Below are positions 1 through 6,920 of a stretch of DNA of 15,465 bases, one piece after another. The stretch comes from a bacterium (GTDB taxonomy: Bacteria; Hinthialibacterota; Hinthialibacteria; Hinthialibacterales; Hinthialibacteraceae): positions 1 to 15,465 of the forward strand of contig JBHGBC010000222.1 of the NCBI GenBank assembly GCA_041946805.1, read 5' to 3'. The position numbers were made by a program, and so were the translations under genes. The stretch's first letter is position 1. Each line of letters starts with the position of its first letter. The notes beneath the pieces are model-generated. The model worked only from the letters and a program-made list of their open reading frames with translations. It did not search any database and was not told the DNA's origin.

Positions 1-2251
1 GGGGGCGCAGCAAGGCGTCGTAGGTGAAGGTGGTGGCCGTCCCCCCGGGGTAACTGATGTTGTTGATGGTTTTATTATTGTTGTAATTGTACGTGGTGGT
101 GAATTGGGTGCCATCCAGGTTATCGGTACGGGTCAGGCGCTTCAGCGAGGTGCTGTAGGCGTAGGTGGTTGTGGCGCCCTCCCCGTCCGTCACCGTCACC
201 GTGTGGGTGGTGTCGTTATACGTAATTTGCATGACCTGGTTGTTGTCATGGTCGCGCACGCGGATCAACCGCCCCAGCTTGTCGTATTCGAAGCGGGTGT
301 AATACCCCATCGGCGTCTTGACCCACAGCAGGTCGCTGGTATTGGCGTCGTACGACATCTCCGTGACGCGGTTGGCGGGGTCGTATATCTTCCACAGATC
401 GCCATAACTGTTGTAATTGAGCGTGACCGTCCGCCCCATCGGCGACTGCCAGGTGTTCAACTGGCCCTTCGTGGTATAGGTGTAGTTGGACGTGTACCCC
501 AAGGGATCCTTGTAGGACAAGGGCTGGCCGTTGGCGTTGAAGGTGGGGAATTCGTGAATGATGTTCAGCCCCGCGGCGTCCAAAATCACCTTCTTCAGGG
601 GACTGAAATATTGGCTCAGATCGTACTCATATGTGACCTCCAGATTGCCGGAATGGTGATAATATTTCGACCACACCAGGTTGCCGCCGTTGAGGAACCC
701 CTTGGTGGTGGTGTCATCGTAGGAAGGCTCCCCTTGATTGTACGCGTAATCGACCTGATACGTGGAGGTCGTGCTGCCGTACCGGGCATAGGTGTAATCC
801 GAGGAGACCAGATTGGATTGGAAACCGTAGATATCCCGCTTCAGGTTTTTGACGACGTTGTGGGTGACCGAATAGGAATCGGTCACGGGATTGTAGAGAT
901 ACAACGTCTGTTCCGTGTTCCAATCCGTGGCGGATGAGATATACACGTCGCCGGTCTGCAGGGAGGAGGTGGGCGCCCGGTGAATGGAGGTGGAGCCGTT
1001 GCTGTTGATCGCCACCCCTTCCCACGGGCTTTCATTGAGGGCGCTCAGGTCGTCATACACGGGGCTTTCCAACAGCCAGCCGTCCTTGTCGCCGACCTTC
1101 TTCACCTCGTTGGCGTAGTTGAAGTTGGCGTTGGGATCGCCGATATAATCATAAAAATTGTCATCATAGCCATATTTGCGGATGACTTCCCCGTTCCGGT
1201 CCTTGACCTCCAGCAGGCGGAAATCGGTGTTCGTGTTGATGTTGCCGTTGTAGACACCATTGATGGTTTTCCCGGACAGCGACTCGAAATTGAAGGTCCA
1301 ATCCTCCAGGATGTTGCCGCTGGCGTCTTTCACCGTCAGGCGGTTGAGGTAGAAGGGCGGCGTGGTGCTGGAGTAATAATAATAGTAGGTCACGCCATTG
1401 GGGTATTGGATCGAAGTCAGACGCTTGTGGTCGTATCCCCCCGAGGTGCGGTAGACGGTGTAGTTGACCTGGATGTTGCGCGTGACGCCCGATTCCGTGG
1501 GCAATTGGATCTGGGTCACGAAGTTTTGGCTGTCCCGCACGTAGGTGATTTTGTTCCCCTGGGCGTCATAATCCTCGATGAGCCACCCGCCGCTGTTGAA
1601 TTTGCGCCGGCGCCCGTCGGCCTGGAGCATTTCATACCCGTTGGCGCCTTGCGTGCCCAACTCCTTGATGGCCACCACCGCCCCCGGCCGGCTGCCTTCC
1701 CGGAGGCCTCCGCCGATGGACCGGTACACATAGCAGCCGAGGGCGGAATCCCAGCCGTGCCGGCCGAACCACATGATATTGCCCCAATCATCGCGGTAAT
1801 GCAGGTAATAATACGTGGGGGGATCGTCATACCGCGATAGGCGCGCATCGGCGCTGAAATGAAGGTTGGTGGCGTCGTTGGGATCCTGGGTGAAAAAGGA
1901 ATGGCTGCGGAAGACCGCGCTGGGCGTCACCTGCAGTTCCCCCACACCGCTCATGGACCGGCCGCCGGTGGAAAAGATCACACTGTGCATGAAGGGACTC
2001 CAGGAAGTCTCTCCCACGCTCACGGGCAGGCCGATTCCCGATAGACCGTGATGGGAACACAAACTGCTCAACGCGCACTGGCAGTCCGGTTCGATGGCGG
2101 TGTTTTGGTTGGTGCACGCCGCGTTGTAGGAAGGTCCCCCGTCGTCATGGTTTTTAACGGCGGCTTCTACGAAAACAGGAAATGCAAAACCGATAACAAA
2201 AAGATTTATCAATAAGATGGATAGATAAGTCGAGGTAACGGTCGTTTTCAT
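1..2251 (-). CDS. YD/RHS-repeat protein with N-terminal Sec-type signal peptide (partial; 3' end beyond the window, >=750 aa)
   Basis: Manual translation from ATG at 2251 (RBS GGGGAGG just upstream) is open to the window edge. It begins MKTTVTSTYLSILLINLFVIGFAFPVFVEA-AVKNH. It has many YD-type repeats: YDAQGNKITY, YKDPLGYTSNYTY, FEYDKLGRLIRVRD, TVTDGEGATTTYAY, ISYPGGTATTFTYDALLRP. It is absent from the ORF track because there is no stop in the window. Confidence 0.92.
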   Translation of the reverse strand, partial: MKTTVTSTYLSILLINLFVIGFAFPVFVEAAVKNHDDGGPSYNAACTNQNTAIEPDCQCALSSLCSHHGLSGIGLPVSVGETSWSPFMHSVIFSTGGRSMSGVGELQVTPSAVFRSHSFFTQDPNDATNLHFSADARLSRYDDPPTYYYLHYRDDWGNIMWFGRHGWDSALGCYVYRSIGGGLREGSRPGAVVAIKELGTQGANGYEMLQADGRRRKFNSGGWLIEDYDAQGNKITYVRDSQNFVTQIQLPTESGVTRNIQVNYTVYRTSGGYDHKRLTSIQYPNGVTYYYYYSSTTPPFYLNRLTVKDASGNILEDWTFNFESLSGKTINGVYNGNINTNTDFRLLEVKDRNGEVIRKYGYDDNFYDYIGDPNANFNYANEVKKVGDKDGWLLESPVYDDLSALNESPWEGVAINSNGSTSIHRAPTSSLQTGDVYISSATDWNTEQTLYLYNPVTDSYSVTHNVVKNLKRDIYGFQSNLVSSDYTYARYGSTTSTYQVDYAYNQGEPSYDDTTTKGFLNGGNLVWSKYYHHSGNLEVTYEYDLSQYFSPLKKVILDAAGLNIIHEFPTFNANGQPLSYKDPLGYTSNYTYTTKGQLNTWQSPMGRTVTLNYNSYGDLWKIYDPANRVTEMSYDANTSDLLWVKTPMGYYTRFEYDKLGRLIRVRDHDNNQVMQITYNDTTHTVTVTDGEGATTTYAYSTSLKRLTRTDNLDGTQFTTTYNYNNNKTINNISYPGGTATTFTYDALLRP

Positions 2252-2280
2252 GATGATCCTCCCCGCTCGGGTACCCGCTT

Positions 2281-3411
2281 TTAGTTGTTGTTATTGTTGC
2301 TGTTGCTGATCACTGCGCCCATCAAGTCGTTGGCATACCGGCTGTAGGCGGGATTCTTGGTGGTCCGCCGGACTTGGTCCAGAATCGTCAGGGCCCGGCT
2401 GGTTTTCTCCTGCGCGAGAAGCACCTGCGCCAGTTTCAGTTGGGTTTTGTCCCGGACGCTTTCCTCGAGCGGGTAATTTTGGAGGATTTCGTCATACTCG
2501 TTCTCCGCCTCCTGATACCGGTTGTTGTATTTGAAGATATAAGCCCGGTTCAATTTCAGCTCATGGCTTTGCAGGGTGGTCTGAAACAGACCCGTTCCCA
2601 GCTCGTTCACGCCCAAGGCATCCTCGTACCGGTGCAATTTGAAATAGGCTTGCGAAACCTTCGTGATCGTTTCGATCCCCTGGTTCGTGGGATAGCCGGG
2701 GGCGGATATGACATCCAGCGCTTCGCCCAACTCGAAAGCCCGGATCACGTGGCCATACTGCTTGGCCGCGGTCCACGTATCCCGCTGGGCATCCTCGTCA
2801 AACAGCATGGCCATGTCAAAGAAGAAATCCAACGCCGCCAGGCTGCCCGGTTGCCGCAGCGCGGTGAGCGCGTTCTGGGCGGACTGGCCCCCCTCGGTTT
2901 CGGGAAAAGCCGCCGCCCGCTCGAAGGAGGCTTTCGCCATCGTGAGAAAGGGATCCTCCTCCCCGCCTCCGGCTCCCTGAGACTCCAAATCCTGCCGGAT
3001 CGTGTCCAGGGAACGGGTGGAAATTTGGCTATGGACATAGTGAATCAACCCTTGAAGGTAATCGGCCTGAGCTTGCAAGGCGGGGTTGGCGTTGGCGAGG
3101 GCCGGCCGGAATTCCTCCAGCAATTCTTCCGCCTTGACTAATCCGTGTTGGGTATAAAGCATCAAATTGGCCATGGCCAAAATGGCCTTGAGCTTCACCT
3201 CCTCATTCGCGCTCGCGTTCACGATATCCGCCAACTCCTTGATCACCAGATACTTGCGCCCCTCATAGCGCACCGTTTTCGCGAAGGCCACCGCCTCGTC
3301 GATGTTGGCCTCGCGGATGACCTCCTGCAACACGCGCACCTGGGCCAAGCCCGGATGGAAAACCAGACACACCATGGCTGCCGCCAAACCCCAAACCGTG
3401 AATCGGCACAT
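2281..3411 (-). CDS. Secreted tetratricopeptide-repeat (TPR)-like protein, 376 aa
   Basis: AAGGAG RBS before ATG 3411. Signal-peptide-like N-terminus (…LVFHPGLA-QV). C-terminal TPR-like helices (AYFKLHRYEDAL, AYIFKYNNRYQEAENEYDEILQNYP, LKLAQVLLAQEKTSRALTIL). The stop lies 29 nt before the RHS start. Confidence 0.85.
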   Translation of the reverse strand: MCRFTVWGLAAAMVCLVFHPGLAQVRVLQEVIREANIDEAVAFAKTVRYEGRKYLVIKELADIVNASANEEVKLKAILAMANLMLYTQHGLVKAEELLEEFRPALANANPALQAQADYLQGLIHYVHSQISTRSLDTIRQDLESQGAGGGEEDPFLTMAKASFERAAAFPETEGGQSAQNALTALRQPGSLAALDFFFDMAMLFDEDAQRDTWTAAKQYGHVIRAFELGEALDVISAPGYPTNQGIETITKVSQAYFKLHRYEDALGVNELGTGLFQTTLQSHELKLNRAYIFKYNNRYQEAENEYDEILQNYPLEESVRDKTQLKLAQVLLAQEKTSRALTILDQVRRTTKNPAYSRYANDLMGAVISNSNNNNN

Positions 3412-3424
3412 GAGACACTCCTTG

Positions 3425-3560
3425 GATAGATAAATTCTTTATGCATACAACCGGAAATAAAGCAATATGAAATTATCGGAATTTTCAATAAACGTCAATA
3501 GGATAGTATAAATTTTTCTTATGTAATATATCTTTACAAGGACATCAACATATTTTGAGA
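3425..3560 (-). promoter_or_regulatory. AT-rich upstream region, probable promoter of the TPR-RHS operon
   Basis: Strongly AT-rich stretch directly 5' of the TPR gene. It contains minus-strand TTGACG, TATACT and GATAAT hexamers, but no single pair with ideal spacing. Confidence 0.4.
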
Positions 3561-3890
3561 ACTTGTCATCAAGGATTGCAGAGCAGGAGTATAGATATCG
3601 GCAAATGCCTGTTATTGTTGATCTTGCCGGGATTGAGGGAACCAGCCGTGAATGATCCGGGCGTCTGTACGGATCCGCAATGAGGGCCCCCTGCTCCTCG
3701 ACCGGAAACACCGGGTCCAGCAAAGCCGCCACCCGGGCCCCTCCTGCATCATCCATGTACTCCCAGTGTGAAACCGCCAGTGGCAGGCAAAGCGGCCTCG
3801 GCGGGCGCGGGCAATCGAGGCAACACGGTCCATCACACGGAGATCTTGCTTGAAACACTGGTGCTTTTCGCCACGTTATTTCAAGACCTG

Positions 3891-4068
3891 TCCGCCATGC
3901 TGCCCAAACGATGGATTGTCGAACGAACGTTCGCGTGGATCACTAGCGAGCGCCGATTGTCGGAGGATTATGAAGTCAATCCGCGGCATTCCGAGAATAT
4001 GATTCGGATCGCCAGGTTGAAGAAAATCCTTGCGCGGATGGGTTCGATATCATGTAGACAGGTTCTCA
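3891..4068 (+). pseudogene. IS5-family transposase C-terminal remnant with probable right end
   Basis: LPKRWIVERTFAWITSERRLSEDYEVNPRHSENMIRIARLKKILAR matches the characteristic IS5-family C-terminus (RWxVERTFAW…RRLxxDYE). It is followed by GTAGACAGGTTC-TCA, which resembles an IS5-type right end plus TNA target. The N-terminal DDE part is absent. Confidence 0.85.
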
Positions 4069-4211
4069 CTGATGCAATTCACCTTCTACGCAGACAGTTG
4101 TACACTCCGACTCTGTGGTTGAACCATGCCCAGTGCCGTCCTTGCATTCGGGACGTTTTGGCACGATGCACGGCGCGTAGCCAGAGTGGAGAGGAAACTG
4201 ATGGAGGCCAC

Positions 4212-5339
4212 ATGCTAATGAGAACTCAGGAGCTCTACGACTGGTTGCTCGAACACGGCGGCCCGGTGATCCGCTATCGTACCGCGACCGAGCTTGTACC
4301 ACCTGCGAAGTCTCTCGGTGCTCCGCGAATGGCCAAGGAGCTGATGGAAAGCCCGCTTGTTAGAATGTGGCTTGATCGCCTTGTACCCGCCTCCTTCCTC
4401 ACCGAGATGCCAGAGCAGAAGATATGGGCGCTGATCGAGGTCCATAGCGCCGCACCAGCAGCCCTCGAGAACGTCATACCCAAACTGACTGGATTCGGCT
4501 TGAGGAGGGGCATGCCTGAGTTCGACCAACGCATACTACCCTATCGGAGGTGGGTGCAGAAGAACTCGGAACACCAACCTAGCCACATCCACGAGCTGAG
4601 CATTCTGGGACTAACGACGGTCTTCCTAGCCCACGCAGGCTATGTGAACGAGCCGGGCGTTGCCGCCAATCTGAAGAACCGCCTGGACATCGTCTCCGAC
4701 TTCGTCTGGAGGGGTGACTACGACATCTACGTGATGGAACGAGGGAACGTGCCCAAAGTCTTGCGCGGCCACCCTCTGATCAGGCCGGATCTGACGAGAG
4801 GCGGGGTTGTAAGCCTGCCTATGATATACGACATCGTTGGCTGGGCGGCGTACTTGTCGGGGCGCGACGCTGGTGACGACTGGGCGAAGGCCGACTCCGT
4901 GATCAACTACATCCTCTGTGAGGAGTACCAGAGGCTCCCGTTTGGCTACGGAGTAATGACCGATGGTGCCGGCGGCTTCTGGAGTCTCGGCTGCAGCATA
5001 CACATGCCCGGGTTCACGGACTCGCTCAGCCCGGAGCGGTCCCAGGCCCTCCAGGTCTGGCTGGTGGATCTCCTGATGTACTTCCGGGCAGCGCGACGGC
5101 ACCCATGGCTGAGAGAGAGCCTGGACCACCTCGAGGGATTCCGCACAGAGAGGGGCACGTCTCTGTTCCCCCGATCCTATCTTCAGGAGAGAACACAGGG
5201 GATGTGGATCAACGGCCACCGCATGGGCCTGGAGGAGAACCGAAGGAGAAGCCTGGCCTTGGAACTGGAGTCGACGTTCTGGATGGCCAGACTGCGGAGG
5301 GCACTTTCGGCCCCGAGTCCGGTGGACGCGAGCCGCTGA
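4212..5339 (+). CDS. Hypothetical protein, 375 aa, probably alpha-helical
   Basis: GGAGG RBS at 4203-4207 before ATG 4212 (alternative ATG 4218). Protein-like sequence from WLLEHGGPVIRYRTATEL to ELESTFWMARL. The ORF track's 3768 start is an upstream read-through of the IS5 remnant. No function recognised. Confidence 0.75.
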   Translation: MLMRTQELYDWLLEHGGPVIRYRTATELVPPAKSLGAPRMAKELMESPLVRMWLDRLVPASFLTEMPEQKIWALIEVHSAAPAALENVIPKLTGFGLRRGMPEFDQRILPYRRWVQKNSEHQPSHIHELSILGLTTVFLAHAGYVNEPGVAANLKNRLDIVSDFVWRGDYDIYVMERGNVPKVLRGHPLIRPDLTRGGVVSLPMIYDIVGWAAYLSGRDAGDDWAKADSVINYILCEEYQRLPFGYGVMTDGAGGFWSLGCSIHMPGFTDSLSPERSQALQVWLVDLLMYFRAARRHPWLRESLDHLEGFRTERGTSLFPRSYLQERTQGMWINGHRMGLEENRRRSLALELESTFWMARLRRALSAPSPVDASR

Positions 5340-5551
5340 GCAACGGGCACTGGGGCGGCAGACGGAGGACCTTCCGAAGCAGGAGAAGGCTGCGATTGCG
5401 AAGGGGGCGACAGTGGTTGGCGACTCCTGCTGCACCGCCAGGGCGTCGGCGATGGCCTGCATCCTCAAGGGATCGATCGATCCTTCGCCGCTCTCCGTCG
5501 GATCGTATTTCTTAAAGTATGGGACAGGATTATCTATTCATATTTTCTAAC

Positions 5552-5580
5552 ATTACAAATAATGAATATAAGGTTGTCAA
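5552..5580 (-). promoter_or_regulatory. Sigma70-type promoter TTGACA-N17-TGTAAT
   Basis: Perfect -35 (5580-5575), a 17-nt spacer and a 5/6 -10 (5557-5552) inside an AT-rich patch. It is overlapped by an imperfect inverted repeat, TATTCATATTT…AAATAATGAATA. Confidence 0.55.
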
Positions 5581-5637
5581 GCCTATCCGCTTTTTTAACG
5601 CCACCTCTTCTGACTGACCGTCGCAGGTAATAGATCA

Positions 5638-6085
5638 CCTGAATCCGTGAACTACGATCTCCAAAAATTGGATCCAATACTTACATCACGAAAAATGAAC
5701 TTGGTAAATCGTTGTTCCCCCATTCCGGCAGCATTTTTTGAATCCCGGCGGCGGTTTTTTGTCGAATTTCCGGCCGTATGGTTATGGAACAGGCTCCCCA
5801 CGGCCTTTCCGCGCAGACCTCTCCTCCTCCCCGGGATGGGGATGAACCCGATGATCCATTTTACCTCGGACCGCAAAGCCGCAGGCAATTATACGCCACC
5901 AGGCCCAGCAGCAGCACCAACGCGTTGGCCGCGAATTTCCCCGACGGCAAACGCTCCAGGTTCATATCGCTTTTGATTTCCGAATGGAATTGTTCGCTGG
6001 TGCCATGCGCGTGATACCAGGTGATGATGATGTCCGGCGCATCCGGCAGCGAAGTGTCGTAGGTATCGACCTCGATCTCCGGCAG
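5638..6085 (-). mobile_element. IS1380-family insertion sequence remnant (partial transposase plus right end)
   Basis: PEIEVDTYDTSL…YHAHGTSEQFHSEIKSDMNLERLPSGKFAANALVLLLGLVAYNCLRLCG is typical of the IS1380 transposase C-terminal region. CCTGAATCCGTGA at 5638-5650 resembles an IS1380-type terminal repeat. The left end and most of the transposase are missing. Confidence 0.85.
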
Positions 6086-6397
6086 CCTTTGAAGCCACTG
6101 CACAATATTGATCAATTTGTAGTAAATACATCCATTTATAACGGTGTAAGCGGGTCCTTTCCCTTTCTTTCTCCACAACATGATGGTCTGGGGTGAACGG
6201 CCCAGCAGTTGGGCGGTCTGCTTCGTGCTAAACATCAACTGCATTCCCAATCCCCGCTTGGCTAACAAGTCACAGATCATTGTCAAGTTATCGGATGCGG
6301 GAACCGGATAGGCCGGCGACTCAGTTGGGTTGGTTGGATGGGTTGGATGGGGTGAGTAAGGTGTATCAATTCGCATCATTGCATTTCCCCATGACAT
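5861..6397 (-). CDS. Excisionase/AlpA-like helix-turn-helix protein fused in frame to an IS1380 transposase fragment (start uncertain; ATG 6244 is plausible)
   Basis: FSTKQTAQLLGRSPQTIMLWRKKGKGPAYTVINGCIYYKLINIVQWLQ fits the HTH_17/excisionase pattern. The gene lies downstream of, and co-oriented with, the integrase. The junction with IS1380 sequence is at about 6085. Confidence 0.75.
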   Translation of the reverse strand: MSWGNAMMRIDTPYSPHPTHPTNPTESPAYPVPASDNLTMICDLLAKRGLGMQLMFSTKQTAQLLGRSPQTIMLWRKKGKGPAYTVINGCIYYKLINIVQWLQRLPEIEVDTYDTSLPDAPDIIITWYHAHGTSEQFHSEIKSDMNLERLPSGKFAANALVLLLGLVAYNCLRLCGPR

Positions 6398-6551
6398 CTG
6401 TATTCCGTTGGCGCTGCCATTGGCGGCAGTACCGCATGAGCGGTCTGGTTGCCAGTTGATTGGCAGACCGGTCGCTGCTCTCGCCGGCGATCGGCTTCTG
6501 CTGTTCTATCACGGGGGAGAAGCATTGGCTTAAAATCATCAAGGTTCGTGC

Positions 6552-6571
6552 ATGGATGGATGGATGGATGG
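6552..6571. repeat. (ATGG)x5 microsatellite
   Basis: Directly visible. A related degenerate (T/A)TGG run lies at 6325-6352. Confidence 0.9.
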
Positions 6572-6660
6572 GTAGGCGATATTTTCGCTCAAGTGGCGGA
6601 TTCAACCTATTTATTCTTCTTTAGTCAATGGGGGGGGTATAAACCAGCACAAATAATTTT

Positions 6661-6920
6661 GGTTCATCCGGTAAGTGCGCACTTTTTCTCAGTGGTTTGC
6701 CATGCCATCCCATCAAACCGTCTGGAGAGAACGGGCCCCAAGTCCCTTTCTCGGGTCAAGCGGATTGGATATGGGAAAGCCTCTTCGCTCCGCTAGGCCT
6801 CTCTGGAATTGGTTGGCGTCTCAACTTTATGGGAATCCCCTTCCAGGGACGGTTTTACAGCAGCCCAGGGTTTTAACCCTGGGCCAAGAGCGTCGGAGGT
6901 ACGCACTTACCGGATGAACC
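6661..6920. mobile_element. 260-bp MITE-like element with 19-bp perfect terminal inverted repeats
   Basis: GGTTCATCCGGTAAGTGCG (6661-6679) and CGCACTTACCGGATGAACC (6902-6920) are exact reverse complements (21/22 when extended). There is no convincing internal gene. An internal hairpin lies at 6863-6884. The flanks are AT-rich with no clear TSD beyond TT. Confidence 0.75.
6863..6884. repeat. REP-like palindrome GCCCAGGGTT-TT-AACCCTGGGC
   Basis: Perfect 10-bp inverted repeat, preceded by CCCCTTCCAGGG. A related degenerate unit is at 12142-12188. Confidence 0.7.

Noticed and set aside
104..1840. Plus-strand ORFs 104-937 and 980-1840
   Set aside because: These are antisense shadows of the RHS gene, Val/Gly-rich and without recognisable motifs.
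3439..3858. Minus-strand 139-aa ORF with a protein-like middle (SHWEYMDDAGGARVAALLDPVFP)
   Set aside because: It runs from GC-rich sequence into the AT-rich promoter region, has no RBS and matches no family I recognise. At most it is a gene fragment.
3849..3893. CTTGAAA…TTTCAAG inverted repeat or possible additional IS end
   Set aside because: The arms are only 7 bp and there is no partner end or assignable transposase.
5340..5460. Possible integron attC, tRNA or tmRNA fragment after the orphan gene
   Set aside because: There is no RYYYAAC…GTTRRRY pair with complementary arms, and no T-loop/CCA signature. The integrase lacks IntI features and has an arm-binding domain.
4626..5468. 280-aa minus-strand ORF downstream of the orphan promoter
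   Set aside because: It almost entirely overlaps the better-supported plus-strand gene and has shadow-like composition.
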